Below are positions 17,294 through 27,811 of a stretch of DNA of 45,165 nucleotides, piece after piece. The DNA lies in the IMG/VR virus record IMGVR_UViG_3300037126_000044, positions 1-45,165 of that record; one strand, written 5' to 3'. Positions within the stretch are counted from its first letter, which is position 1; the number at the start of each line of letters is the position of its first letter. The notes below the pieces were generated by a model. It saw only the letters and a program-made list of their open reading frames with translations. It had not been told where the DNA came from and ran no database searches. This DNA is from a virus. A program made the translations under genes and the position numbers.

Positions 17294-18733
17294 ATGGGAA
17301 TTGAGAGGTATTCGAGTTTTGTGACCGGTCTTTCGGTTACGCCGCCAGCCAGCGCTGGATTTTCTGTTCCGCTGCTATTGGTGGATACCGAAGAGGTGCC
17401 GTTAGATCGCCGATACATCATAACGACACAATCAGCGTACGCGACAGATCTCACAGCAGACAGCGACGCCAAAAACTGGTGCGCAGGCGTCTGGGGCGGA
17501 AGTAGTCTGAATCCATCCAAGGCCTACATCGGAAGGTGGGTCAGTGCTGCTACATCACCATATTTTGTTTGCGGATCTCCAGCTACATTTGATTCTTCGT
17601 GGGCCACCGGAACGCCAATTATCGATGGGACCTTAGATATTAAGGTCGGTTCTACAACCAGTAATGTGACAGCAATTGATCTTACTGGAGATACGTCATG
17701 GGCTGATGTTTGCGATTCGATAGAAGCAGGAACTGGTTTCCCGGCTGATGTCACTGTTACAGTGGATGTCTTAGGAAGAATCATCTTCACAAATACTGCA
17801 GGCACTGGTTCGACTCAAGATGCCATATCTGTATTAAGTAATGGTGCTGGAACAGATTTGACAGATCCTGAATATTTAAACATCGCATCTAATTCTTTTG
17901 CTGTTGCTGGAATGGACGCTGAGGATCCTGATGACGCACTGGCAGCCATCAAGGCACTGGATGACACTCCATTTGTTTGCAGCGTTCGTGGAGCGAGCAT
18001 CGCGCAAACGGTATCTCTCGCCGCCGCGCTTCCAACATACAAGATGGTAGGCGAGTTTGTCATCAACGACACGGATGCGAAGAACTCAGGGGCCACAACT
18101 GATGTTGGTTATCAGCTCGAAGGTGTATCCAACACAAATGTCCATCTGATATACACTGAGCACACAACTGAAAATCCTGATGCAGAGGTGATAGGCGCTT
18201 GCTACCCGAGACCGGAAGGTAAATGGTCATCTGCGTTCATCGGATTGAGCGCCAGTCATCAAAGTGGCCTGGATGTCGACGGTATAACAGACAAGTCACT
18301 CACAGATGCAGAGATTGTAGCGCTCAAGGCAAAGGGATACGACTATCTGGATAAGCCGTCAAATGCTGTGCATTGCTGTACGGGGCTCACGCCGTCTGGT
18401 GCCGAGATGCGGCATCGCATCGCGTTCTATTGGCTCGACAAGCGGAGCTCGGAGGCGGTCTATGCCTATCTGCGATCTCAGTATGAAGCCAACGAAGTGG
18501 TCACATTCAGTGATGCGGACATCCAGGCAATTGGAGGCATCGTCAAGGGATACATCGACACCTTGGTAGAGCGCAAAGCGATTGAGCCGGATTATACTTT
18601 GGATCTCCCGACGGCGTCCGAGTTTGACGCTACGATAAAGGCAACTCATACACTGGCGCTGACAGATATGGCAAGCATGTTCGGTCAGTTTGCCGTAAAC
18701 GCCATCTCCGGCACTATGACGGCGACGGTATAA
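17294..18733 (+). CDS. tail sheath protein
   Basis: 479 aa. It is followed by tube-sized genes, a chaperone pair and the tape measure. The N-terminus resembles DUF3383-type sheaths from memory. Confidence 0.65.
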   Translation: MGIERYSSFVTGLSVTPPASAGFSVPLLLVDTEEVPLDRRYIITTQSAYATDLTADSDAKNWCAGVWGGSSLNPSKAYIGRWVSAATSPYFVCGSPATFDSSWATGTPIIDGTLDIKVGSTTSNVTAIDLTGDTSWADVCDSIEAGTGFPADVTVTVDVLGRIIFTNTAGTGSTQDAISVLSNGAGTDLTDPEYLNIASNSFAVAGMDAEDPDDALAAIKALDDTPFVCSVRGASIAQTVSLAAALPTYKMVGEFVINDTDAKNSGATTDVGYQLEGVSNTNVHLIYTEHTTENPDAEVIGACYPRPEGKWSSAFIGLSASHQSGLDVDGITDKSLTDAEIVALKAKGYDYLDKPSNAVHCCTGLTPSGAEMRHRIAFYWLDKRSSEAVYAYLRSQYEANEVVTFSDADIQAIGGIVKGYIDTLVERKAIEPDYTLDLPTASEFDATIKATHTLALTDMASMFGQFAVNAISGTMTATV

Positions 18734-18743
18734 GGAATCAATC

Positions 18744-19193
18744 ATGGGAGAATATAAAGACAACCTAGATTTTGAACCACACAACTTCAACACAACAACA
18801 ATGACTATTAAGGCCCTTGAGAGCGGTGATACTCACAATTTGCAGGCACTTCACACATTAGAGGCTGCAAGGAAAGAAAGCCGATGGACAACGCAAGAGG
18901 TGAATTCTGGAGTATCAATTGACGTCGAGAAGCCGTCCACGGCCGGATCCATCAAGTGGACTCTACTCGACGCCAGCCCGTCAACGGACTGGCTGTTCGA
19001 TCACATCGACGAGCGAGTACAAGTTACTGTCGCAGATTCAAATGCACCAAGTCTGAACTGCTCAGGAAAGGGACGACTCATGGTTCCACCACCGCTCAAG
19101 CGAGCCGACACAGTGGATACTCCGGAGTGGGAAGTCGTCGTAAAGTATCTCAAGATCCGAGGCGGTGGATACCGTCTGGTGACCGAGGAATAA
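18744..19193 (+). CDS. tail tube protein (149 aa)
   Basis: Directly after the sheath; followed by a strong intrinsic terminator. Confidence 0.55.
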   Translation: MGEYKDNLDFEPHNFNTTTMTIKALESGDTHNLQALHTLEAARKESRWTTQEVNSGVSIDVEKPSTAGSIKWTLLDASPSTDWLFDHIDERVQVTVADSNAPSLNCSGKGRLMVPPPLKRADTVDTPEWEVVVKYLKIRGGGYRLVTEE

Positions 19194-19211
19194 TAGAACA
19201 GGTGGCAGTCG

Positions 19212-19251
19212 GCATGGGGCAATCGAGATCTGTTGCCCCATGCTGTTTTTT
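19212..19251 (+). terminator. Rho-independent terminator after the sheath and tube genes
   Basis: Perfect 11-bp stem gcatggggcaa / ttgccccatgc with a 10-nt loop, followed by tgtttttt. Confidence 0.8.
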
Positions 19252-19265
19252 CTTACGGTGAATCA

Positions 19266-19739
19266 ATGGGAATGTCCGATGTAATAAAGATGATGGGGGG
19301 CCATGACGGTCTCTATTATCGGCCGTACTCCGTTACAGACATAAAGATCTCTGTAGGATTCATCCCGAAACTTATGGGTGCCTGGCACTACGTGATGGCA
19401 AAACACAATGCCCCACAGAATAAGCGATTCGGTAGTTTGGCGGGATCTGGTGTTTTTGTAGGAAATCAGAACAAGTCTGGCATTATAGAGATAGGAATGC
19501 TTGACGGAACTCTTGACGCGGCAATATCGGACATTTTCAACGCGGTAGACATTGCATTCCCGATTGCTGTAATCGACATCGGAACCGCTGGAACATCCGG
19601 TCTAATAGCCCTGGCGTGCAAAAGGGTAGAAACCCCAGCGTGGCGCCGGGATGCCCTTCCTGACATAACCACGTTTACATTCGAAGCACATCATCTTGGG
19701 ATGTCATGGGGGCTTCGAATTCCAGAAGGAATTGATTGA
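19266..19739 (+). CDS. second tube-like tail protein (157 aa; DUF3277-like from memory)
   Basis: ATG 19266 lies just past the terminator. Tube-sized, between the tube and the chaperone. Confidence 0.4.
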   Translation: MGMSDVIKMMGGHDGLYYRPYSVTDIKISVGFIPKLMGAWHYVMAKHNAPQNKRFGSLAGSGVFVGNQNKSGIIEIGMLDGTLDAAISDIFNAVDIAFPIAVIDIGTAGTSGLIALACKRVETPAWRRDALPDITTFTFEAHHLGMSWGLRIPEGID

Positions 19740-20212
19740 TGAAGGAAAAAAACAGAACCAAGCTTGTTGGAGCAACTCTTGGAGAAGAAGTTAGATCGTA
19801 TGAATTCTTCAAGATGCCTGCAATATCTGGTGTTCGAATAATTCATGAGTATGGTTCAATAGTCTTAATGAATATGGAAAAAATCAAAGAGGCATTTTCC
19901 GTGTTCAAAAATGGAGACGAGAAGACCTCTGGATTGCTTCCAGTTCTAGAGTTACTCCCCAATATCATAACTTTTCAGAGACTGGCCGAGTTGGCCAAAG
20001 TCCTTCTCGCCGACGGGAAGGTAGACGGTCAAGATATAGACAGCGACGGAATGTGCGATCTATTTGGGGAAGATCCGCTGGAACTCTATGCGGCGATATT
20101 CTGGGCTCTGACTATCAACTATCCGAAGTACTTTGGCCCTTTATTGGAGGCCCTCGAGGAGGGGGCGGACGACGATACGACCCAAGATTTCGAGACGACG
20201 ACAGAGACATAG
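19736..20212 (+). CDS. tail assembly chaperone (gpG-like)
   Basis: 158 aa with an acidic C-terminus. Immediately upstream of the tape measure, with an overlapping -1 ORF. Confidence 0.65.
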   Translation: MMKEKNRTKLVGATLGEEVRSYEFFKMPAISGVRIIHEYGSIVLMNMEKIKEAFSVFKNGDEKTSGLLPVLELLPNIITFQRLAELAKVLLADGKVDGQDIDSDGMCDLFGEDPLELYAAIFWALTINYPKYFGPLLEALEEGADDDTTQDFETTTET

Positions 20213-20406
20213 AAAAAGACAACGAAGTAGAACACTCACTTGATTCGGTGACAATAGAAATACTATCGGTTGCTGAGCACTTCCATGTCGATCCTGATAC
20301 AGTCGAGCAATGGCCCATTGATGTGTTCATGGACAGACAGGAATGGATGTGGCTGAGGACACGCGTTCCTGAGCCGAAACCAAAACCACAGAGGCGAAAT
20401 GGCTGA
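20053..20406 (+). CDS. -1 frame extension of the tail chaperone (gpGT-like). The functional part probably starts near 20164.
   Basis: The -1 ORF has no plausible internal start. It ends 8 nt inside the tape-measure gene. This is the classic G/GT arrangement. Confidence 0.55.
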   Translation: MRSIWGRSAGTLCGDILGSDYQLSEVLWPFIGGPRGGGGRRYDPRFRDDDRDIEKDNEVEHSLDSVTIEILSVAEHFHVDPDTVEQWPIDVFMDRQEWMWLRTRVPEPKPKPQRRNG

Positions 20407-23400
20407 TTTTGAGAAAGTCTATCAATTAGATTTCGACACAGCAAAGGCGGAAGAGGGCATCAAGCGATTGGAATCGTTTGTAACCAAATTTGAGCAGAAG
20501 CTGGCCCGTGCTTTCTCTGGAAAGGCCGTCTCGAAATCAATTGAGTCAATGATCTCAAAGGTCGGAAAAGCTGACAAGTCATTATCTAAGGGGCTCGGAA
20601 TTGCGAGCGATGCCGCGCTGAAGATGCGAGCGACGTTCGAAAAGTCGATGGATAAGTCAGCGGGAACCGTAAAAAAAGTCCGCGCTGGAGTAGGCACTAT
20701 TGAACAGGCTCTCGATCGGGCAAGGGCTTCCGGTGCACGGCTTGATGCTGTTCTCGGCAAAGGTGCCGCGTCGTCGAGGATGAAAAAGACAGCCAGTGAA
20801 ACTCTGAAAGCTGCTTCGAGTACCAATAAACTGAGATCCGGTATGTCTCGTGTCGCCACTTCCGAGACCAAAGTGAAAGAAGCTGGAGATGCACTCTTCA
20901 AGATGATGAAAAAAGCATCTCGGGCCGGTGAATCCGGGATAAAGAAAGTTGAACGGGCGATGGTTGCCACGGAGAAGGCAACCAAGAAAACTGACGAGGC
21001 AATTTCAAAAATGCTTCGTCCAAAAGGAGAATCCAGAAAAGCAAAATCGCTTGGTGAAATAGGCAAGAGAATTCGTCGCATAGGATCGTCATCCAAATTG
21101 GCGTCAACATCGGTGACTGGTCTTGTCGCCAAAGTGACACTGCTTATCGGAGCGGCAAACAAGATCAGAGGCATCGTATCAAACTGGATGGACTTTGATG
21201 ACACCATGACCGTCGCTGCGGCGAAATTCTCCAAGCTTGAGCCGCAGATGCGCCCCGGAACCAAAGCCTTCGGAGAATTCAAGAAAGAGGTTCGCGAGGC
21301 GGCCAAAGAGACCGAGCACTCGGCGACCGGTGTCGCCAGAGCTGTGGATTTTTGGGCCAAAGCCGGGAAGTCTTCTGCGCAAACCAAGGCAGTTTTGAAG
21401 AACACTCTTGATTTTGCGTCTGCAAACACCGATGCATCTGGGTCTATGCTGGACGTCGCCAGGGCTGGCGACATTCTCTCAGATGCTCTCGGACAATTCA
21501 GGCTCGACACGAATGATCCAACGAAGCTGATGGAGAACACCGCTCGCGTTTCAGACGTTATGAGCGCGGCGGCAAATTCGGCGAACCTTTCCGCCGAGGA
21601 ACTCTTCGAAGGTTTCAAAGACTCCGGTCCGGTCATGACACAACTCGGAGTCCAGATTGAGGACGTGTCCGCCTATCTAGCCACCATGGCAAACGCAGGC
21701 ATCAAGGGCACAAAGGCCGGAAGATCGTTGAAAATCGCAATGTCGGCCATGAATTCACCGACATCAAAGCAATCAGAGCTATTTGAAAAATATAATGTCA
21801 AGGTAAAAGATTCAGAGGGTAATTTCAGAGGGCTCACGACGATTATTGGAGAGCTCAGCAAAGCCACAGAAAATCTAGGCACCAGTGAGCGATTCGATGT
21901 TTTTGGAACCATTGTCGGACGGGAAGGAATCGCACCGTTCCTGAATCTTCTTGCAGCAGGAGAAGATAAACTTGGTGATTTTTCGGCGAAGCTGCGCAAC
22001 GTCAGTGGGGAGACAAAGAGACTCGCCGACATCACGCGACAGTCAGCATCTCGTGAGATGCAGAATTTCTGGAACAAAGTTTCAGATCTCGGTTTCACGA
22101 TTATAGAAAAGACAAAGCTCTTTAATAAGTTCGGTAAAGCGCTCGACGGGATAGACTGGAAAGCGGCCACTGATTTCATTACGGGAAACTTGCTTCCAGT
22201 ATTGAGCGATGTTGGTGCGGTGATAGTGGACTATCTATGGCCAGCAATCAGGATCGTATCAGGGGCGCTGAATACTGTGTTGTCGCCAGCAATCGAAGGC
22301 ATATTGAGCCTATTGTCTCTATTGAGAGGCGAGGGATCTTACGTGTCTGACAGCTTGAATTCTATAGCCGATGACATGCCGAAGACTATCAGCAAGGGAT
22401 TCGACGAGCTATATCGAAGATTCTACGGCTTTGCTCGATTGGCGAAATCGTTCGTGTCAAGATGGGGACGTCTTTTTGAGGGACTATCTTCAGGGATGGT
22501 GACTGAGTGGGATTCAGCTGGCGGACACATCACCGCAGGTCTAGAGATGCTGGGTGAATCGTTTGGAACAGTTTTCGAGGAAATAAAAGCTCTCGTCTAT
22601 GAAGTAGTTGCCGTATTCATTGGCGGGGCCGATCATGTCGAAGATCGTTGGGTGTTGGCCGGAGAATTTATTGGTGGTTCAGTAGTCAACCTCGTCGGTG
22701 TTGTAACCGGCGCCCTCGGGGTGATAGCCAAGACGGCATCTGCGGTGTTCGGCATGGCTGTGAGGATGATTACGACTGCCATTCATGGAATCCGGACATC
22801 GGTTGAGGAACTGTTTGCCGGTGTGATGCAGATCATGGAAGGAGATTTTCTTGGGGGGATCACAAGAATTGGCATTGCCCTCGCCAACGCCATTACTCTT
22901 CCGGTGAGAGCCGCAATATCAGGACTTCTGAAGCTTATCGAAAAGATTCCAGGGGCATCAAGCTTGGCAGAATCGGTCGGAATAAACATAGACGACATCT
23001 CAGCGGCCGTCAGTGAGGGACTGACAGTAGATGCCAAGGGAAATGTTGATATTGGCAGGAACTATGTAGAGCCAGCTCCAAAACAGGCAGAGCCGGAATA
23101 CGAAAAGCTCGTTTACGGCGAGCAGCAACCCAAATATCTCCAGTCGCCAGAAGCACCGAAATCTATGTTGAGAGAGCCCATGCCATGGGAAGTTCCAATA
23201 TCAGTGCCGAAAAGCGCCTTTGTTCAGCCAGAAACTGCAGCATCAGTTCCAGTTTCTCAGATGTCGCCAGGCCTTTCTGAACAATTTGAAAAGCTGTATG
23301 AGCTTCAGAAATCCAAAGCAGACGAGGACAGAACATTTCAGCAGCAATCTATGGATATGTACCTGTCAACTGCAAAAAAGACAGAGGCAAAAACAGTCAA

Positions 23401-23572
23401 CCAAAAAATAGAGATTGGAGGAAACACGTTCAACATCAAAACGAGCGGCAATCCAGAGGATCTCAAGAGACAGATTGAGACTATATCGAAGGCAATGTAT
23501 AGAGATCAGATGCGTAATCTGAAAGACGAACTCGGTGACGCAAGCGCCAACGAGGGCGCCATGGAGTTCTGA
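20399..23572 (+). CDS. tail tape measure protein
   Basis: 1057 aa. Helical A/K-rich N-terminal half and hydrophobic Gly-rich central segments. Position after the chaperone pair. Confidence 0.85.
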   Translation: MADFEKVYQLDFDTAKAEEGIKRLESFVTKFEQKLARAFSGKAVSKSIESMISKVGKADKSLSKGLGIASDAALKMRATFEKSMDKSAGTVKKVRAGVGTIEQALDRARASGARLDAVLGKGAASSRMKKTASETLKAASSTNKLRSGMSRVATSETKVKEAGDALFKMMKKASRAGESGIKKVERAMVATEKATKKTDEAISKMLRPKGESRKAKSLGEIGKRIRRIGSSSKLASTSVTGLVAKVTLLIGAANKIRGIVSNWMDFDDTMTVAAAKFSKLEPQMRPGTKAFGEFKKEVREAAKETEHSATGVARAVDFWAKAGKSSAQTKAVLKNTLDFASANTDASGSMLDVARAGDILSDALGQFRLDTNDPTKLMENTARVSDVMSAAANSANLSAEELFEGFKDSGPVMTQLGVQIEDVSAYLATMANAGIKGTKAGRSLKIAMSAMNSPTSKQSELFEKYNVKVKDSEGNFRGLTTIIGELSKATENLGTSERFDVFGTIVGREGIAPFLNLLAAGEDKLGDFSAKLRNVSGETKRLADITRQSASREMQNFWNKVSDLGFTIIEKTKLFNKFGKALDGIDWKAATDFITGNLLPVLSDVGAVIVDYLWPAIRIVSGALNTVLSPAIEGILSLLSLLRGEGSYVSDSLNSIADDMPKTISKGFDELYRRFYGFARLAKSFVSRWGRLFEGLSSGMVTEWDSAGGHITAGLEMLGESFGTVFEEIKALVYEVVAVFIGGADHVEDRWVLAGEFIGGSVVNLVGVVTGALGVIAKTASAVFGMAVRMITTAIHGIRTSVEELFAGVMQIMEGDFLGGITRIGIALANAITLPVRAAISGLLKLIEKIPGASSLAESVGINIDDISAAVSEGLTVDAKGNVDIGRNYVEPAPKQAEPEYEKLVYGEQQPKYLQSPEAPKSMLREPMPWEVPISVPKSAFVQPETAASVPVSQMSPGLSEQFEKLYELQKSKADEDRTFQQQSMDMYLSTAKKTEAKTVNQKIEIGGNTFNIKTSGNPEDLKRQIETISKAMYRDQMRNLKDELGDASANEGAMEF

Positions 23573-24105
23573 TGCTGACATCACTGGTAGGACTTGCTAA
23601 AGCAATCGCCGCTGGAAAAATAGGGGTCATCGATGACATCAAGATAGGCGACGTTGTGTTGTCTGCTCTAACAGGGTTGAGTGGTCGTGATTCTGTTACC
23701 ATCACAGAGCGCGCCGTTCAGGCCGGCTTTCTCGTCACTGAAGGAATCATCAGAGATCCGCTAGAACGAACGCTGGACATCGTTCTAGCGGATCCTCAAA
23801 TCAGTATCGAGTCCGGAATCTCTGCTGCTCTCAGTGGTGGCCTATCTGGATTCTCGGAATCATGGCGTGACAAAAAAGACACTCTCTATTCGTATCTTGG
23901 TCAAATAGTCGCCGTGACAACTCATGAGGGGTCATATCCGCGCATGATACTGAAAGCGATAACTCCAATTTATGATGTCGAAGAAAATTGGGATTGCTTC
24001 ATCGCGCAGGTTGAACTTCGCGAATGGGACGAGAGATCAACCGAGGCGGCATCAGATGTTGATAGCGCAATAACGGCAGCAGAAGCGGTGGTTGGCGGAT
24101 TATGA
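23572..24105 (+). CDS. tail or baseplate protein (177 aa)
   Basis: TGATG coupling to the tape measure; first gene of the baseplate block. Confidence 0.45.
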   Translation: MLTSLVGLAKAIAAGKIGVIDDIKIGDVVLSALTGLSGRDSVTITERAVQAGFLVTEGIIRDPLERTLDIVLADPQISIESGISAALSGGLSGFSESWRDKKDTLYSYLGQIVAVTTHEGSYPRMILKAITPIYDVEENWDCFIAQVELREWDERSTEAASDVDSAITAAEAVVGGL

Positions 24106-24410
24106 GAATAAAACTCTTCAGTAGACCAGCATACACCGGCTCGAAAGTCTTAGACGGAGATCCTTATATTCTTCGTATAAAATGGAACACATATAGCGAA
24201 AAATGGCACCTGCATTTGAAGGGCGTGTCTAACGGTGTAGAAATCCATGGAATAGCATTGCTCTGTGGGAAAGACTTGCTCGCCCCATACGGGTATCGAC
24301 ATCTTCTTGGCGAGCTTTGGCTTATCGACAATTCAGGTCGAGACGAGGATCCAGGTTTTTACGAAATGGGAACACGCTGGACTCTTGAGTACACATCGAA
24401 AACCTCATGA
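24102..24410 (+). CDS. small baseplate-module protein (102 aa)
   Basis: Coupled at both ends (ATGA overlaps). Confidence 0.45.
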   Translation: MRIKLFSRPAYTGSKVLDGDPYILRIKWNTYSEKWHLHLKGVSNGVEIHGIALLCGKDLLAPYGYRHLLGELWLIDNSGRDEDPGFYEMGTRWTLEYTSKTS

Positions 24411-25444
24411 CAAGCCATGTGAATCAGAAAATCTCTGTCGTCATACGTGGCGACACCGACATAGATCTCACCGATGAAGAGAAGCGCATCGAATCCATAT
24501 CGAAGGATCTGTCCGACGAGCCAAATGAAGCGGTGATCGAGATCTGCAACCTGAAACCGGAAACGCGCGCCGCGGTGAAGGCCGCTGCGGACAAGTACGC
24601 TCCTATCGAGATCGGTGTCTCTCCGCTTCATTCTGCGGATCCGATGACGGCGTTCGTCGGGGAAATCGAGACGGTTGCGAATCGGTACGTTAAACCGGGT
24701 TTTGTAACGCGGATTCGTGCGCTCACACAGAAGCGCGCTCACCGCGCAGCCTATGTCTCACAGAAGACCTACGCGGCCGGCACGCCAAAGGCGGACATCG
24801 TGAATGATCTCGTGACGGCCATTGGACTTCCATCAGAGATTGATACGATGCCGACAACCGGTATTCTTCTTGGTCAATCATTCAGCGGAGCGGCATTTCC
24901 GATCCTCCAGCGTTTCGTTTTTGACTTCGGAATGTTTTGCTACATAGATAACGGCGTACTCCATATTACAAATGTCTATGACCCGCCAAACCCAACAGTT
25001 ATTGAGATTACCGAGAACATGCTCATCACAGAACCACAGGAGACAACACGGAGAGACACACGGGACACCGCGCTGTTCACCGTGGCGAACATGACCAACA
25101 TAGAGCCGGAGCGAAAACGAAAGCGGCGTAAAAAGCAAAAGACATTGAGAAAAGAACTTGTTGCAGACTTACTGGCACGTAATGTAGAAAATGTTCTTGA
25201 GGGATCTGATTATGTAGAGATAGAGGCTGTAGACATCACAGTACCCGGTATCGAGCTGGAATGTTTCGCTATCCCCAACCTAGCTCCTGACCATCTCATC
25301 ACACTTGACGGAGGGGAGACGCACTACAGGGTTTTCGAAACAGAGATGTATGGAGATGACATACGGGATGGGGAGCGGCCGACAACACGGATACGAGCGG
25401 ACCGATTCGAGGGCGGTGTCTCGGATATAGGGGCGACGACGTGA
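24407..25444 (+). CDS. baseplate hub protein (gpD/XkdQ-like, by position and size)
   Basis: 345 aa; precedes the V-like spike gene. Confidence 0.45.
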   Translation: MTSHVNQKISVVIRGDTDIDLTDEEKRIESISKDLSDEPNEAVIEICNLKPETRAAVKAAADKYAPIEIGVSPLHSADPMTAFVGEIETVANRYVKPGFVTRIRALTQKRAHRAAYVSQKTYAAGTPKADIVNDLVTAIGLPSEIDTMPTTGILLGQSFSGAAFPILQRFVFDFGMFCYIDNGVLHITNVYDPPNPTVIEITENMLITEPQETTRRDTRDTALFTVANMTNIEPERKRKRRKKQKTLRKELVADLLARNVENVLEGSDYVEIEAVDITVPGIELECFAIPNLAPDHLITLDGGETHYRVFETEMYGDDIRDGERPTTRIRADRFEGGVSDIGATT

Positions 25445-26292
25445 GTCTGGTCCGTTTCTTTAAGAAGCTGGCGCGGTCCATCGCCAGAACCGAGGTCCAG
25501 CGGATTCGGACGTGGGACGTGGGACAGATTATCGAGTATGACGATGCTCGGAATGCCGCGAAGATCCGACTCTGCGTCAAGGGGATTCGCACAGAGGATC
25601 CGGAAAACGACACTACTGTGGACCTCCCCGTGCTCGAGGACGTCCCCGTAAGGCAGGAAGGATCCGGGAAGCTCCTTAAATCGTGTGGGTCGGCGCCAGG
25701 ATCCTACGGAATAGTGCTCTACTCACATCGGGACATTGAAGCCTGGCTCACCACTGGAGGAATCGTTGATCCGGCGAACACGCGGCGCTGGGACCTCTCG
25801 GACGCGGTGTTCCTCATGGGACTGTACCCGTTCGTCGCCGACGGCGACAACGGAATGATCGAGGAGCCGGTCAAGACAGATCGCATCTCACTCCGGACGC
25901 GGTCTGGACTGACTGAGATTTCTGTTCTAGATGACGAATCGGTCGCGATAAACGTCAACGACGGGGCCGCTAATGTGACAATTGATGTCGATGGAAACGT
26001 TTCGATTATATCTACAGGTGACATCTTGGCGCAAGCCGACGGGAAGGTAACTACATCGGCTACAGAAACTGTCGTTCAAGACGGTACCGATTACGCGGTA
26101 CAGTTTACGTCGATGAAGTCTGCGTTTGACACGCTAAAATCAGAGCTCAACGCATTAGTTACAATTTTCAATGCACACATCCATCCTGGGGTATTGGCTG
26201 GAGGTGCATCAACCGCTGTTACTGCGACACCAGGAACCCCGCCAGCTGCGACGATGGACAGCGCAAAAGTAGATGATGTGAGGTTGCCATGA
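25441..26292 (+). CDS. baseplate spike or assembly protein V (Mu gp45-like)
   Basis: GTG start. DVGQIIEYDDARNAAKIRL...LPVLEDVPV...GIVLYSHRDIEAW...RRWDLSDAVFLMGL matches the gpV OB-fold pattern from memory. Confidence 0.55.
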   Translation: MSLVRFFKKLARSIARTEVQRIRTWDVGQIIEYDDARNAAKIRLCVKGIRTEDPENDTTVDLPVLEDVPVRQEGSGKLLKSCGSAPGSYGIVLYSHRDIEAWLTTGGIVDPANTRRWDLSDAVFLMGLYPFVADGDNGMIEEPVKTDRISLRTRSGLTEISVLDDESVAINVNDGAANVTIDVDGNVSIISTGDILAQADGKVTTSATETVVQDGTDYAVQFTSMKSAFDTLKSELNALVTIFNAHIHPGVLAGGASTAVTATPGTPPAATMDSAKVDDVRLP

Positions 26293-26681
26293 TTGGATTG
26301 AGACTGACAAGAAACTCGGAAGGTCGCCTAGATCTGCTTTTAGAAAACGGCCAATTCGTTATGGCAGAAGACGGCGATGCAGCCGCGTCAGCTCTGACAC
26401 TCCGCATGCATATCGAACGAAACGAGTGCATAGACTCTCCAATAGTGGACACTCAAGAGGAACCGCTTGCCGGTGTAGATCTCTACGGAATCCTCCTCGA
26501 TGTGTCGAAGAGCCGTGCGGAGAAAGAGCTCGAGCTACGCAGAGCTGTATTGGCGGCGCCCAATATAGAAAAGATCATCCGAATAACCTGGACACAGATA
26601 GGTCATGTCGCCTATCCAGAGATTGATGTCCAAACAGCATGGGGTTCCGAGTCGGTATCCCAGCAGGTAATACCGTTATGA
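26289..26681 (+). CDS. baseplate wedge protein (gpW/gp25-like)
   Basis: 130 aa; lies between the V-like and J-like genes. Confidence 0.5.
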   Translation: MIGLRLTRNSEGRLDLLLENGQFVMAEDGDAAASALTLRMHIERNECIDSPIVDTQEEPLAGVDLYGILLDVSKSRAEKELELRRAVLAAPNIEKIIRITWTQIGHVAYPEIDVQTAWGSESVSQQVIPL

Positions 26682-27811
26682 CAACAGAACTCACGTCACT
26701 TGGGCTGCAAATTTCAAGATACGCAGATCTTGTGAGCGAATACAATGATGCGTCAAAGGCAGTGTGGGGCGAATCGATAGATACCTCACAACTAAGTTCG
26801 CTTGGTCACCTTCATAGACTTATTGCGCTGTCGCTTGCCGAAATCAACGAAACCTTGCAGGCCGTAATTGATGTCACTTCGGCCGCCAACGCTTCAGGGA
26901 ACCATCTCGATCATCTATTTTCTCTCATCGATCTTCAGCGACAAAGCGCGTCCAAGTCGACTGTCACGCTGACATATACTGTATCAGTAGTCACAACGAT
27001 TCCGGCCGGGCATCGCGTAAAGACGAGCGCTGGCGTCGTGTTCCAAACGCTTACTGATTTAGTTTTTACTGGATCCGGATCTGACGATGTCTCGGCAGAA
27101 TGCACAGAAGATGGACCGTTTGACGCGGCAATTGATGAGGTGTCTATACCAGTGACTACACTCTATGGACTGACTTCTGTCACAAATTCTGCGGCCGCGA
27201 TACCAGGACGACTTCGCGAGACGGATCCTCAATTCAGAGCCAGACACACGGCAGCGGTGGCGACCTCCGGAGAAGACGACGTGGCGAGCATCTATGAAGC
27301 GGTTTCTTCTGTTGAGGGTGTGGCGTCGGTGTATGTCGCTGAAGATACCGAGAATCACACGATTACGGTCTCGGTAATAGGTGGGAGCGACAACGACGTC
27401 GCTGCAGCCATCAACAATAACAGGACAGCTGGAATATCTACAGTTGGAATTGAATCAGTTGAAGTTTTTTCGGCAACAACTGGACAAGTCGCAACGATAA
27501 ATTTCCACCGTGCTGATGATGAAGATTTCTATATCGATCTCACTCTCACAAAGAATGACGCGCTATTTCCGGCAGATGGTGAAGCACAGATAAAGGCTGC
27601 TCTAGTGGCGCTCGCCGAGGAGTACGTGATAGGTCAGACGATTGATTACTACGGCCTACTCGCTCCTATTTACACGATTCAGGGAGTAACGGTGACAGAC
27701 ATGCGGATCGGATGGGCGCCCTCCCCCACCGGAACGGTGAATCTCACGACAACAATTATTCAGCGACCAGCGTTGCCGATAGGTAACATATCGATTTCAT
27801 TCACGTCATGA
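26678..27811 (+). CDS. baseplate J-like protein
   Basis: 377 aa from ATG 26678 (ATGA coupling); canonical order V-W-J-I. Confidence 0.6.
   Translation: MTTELTSLGLQISRYADLVSEYNDASKAVWGESIDTSQLSSLGHLHRLIALSLAEINETLQAVIDVTSAANASGNHLDHLFSLIDLQRQSASKSTVTLTYTVSVVTTIPAGHRVKTSAGVVFQTLTDLVFTGSGSDDVSAECTEDGPFDAAIDEVSIPVTTLYGLTSVTNSAAAIPGRLRETDPQFRARHTAAVATSGEDDVASIYEAVSSVEGVASVYVAEDTENHTITVSVIGGSDNDVAAAINNNRTAGISTVGIESVEVFSATTGQVATINFHRADDEDFYIDLTLTKNDALFPADGEAQIKAALVALAEEYVIGQTIDYYGLLAPIYTIQGVTVTDMRIGWAPSPTGTVNLTTTIIQRPALPIGNISISFTS

Noticed and set aside
20422-21636. 404-aa minus-strand ORF inside the tape-measure gene
   Set aside because: It is antisense to a 1057-aa gene with clear operon context. 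Its composition is low-complexity Ser/Ala/Phe, it has no RBS, and it is embedded in a strictly + strand module.
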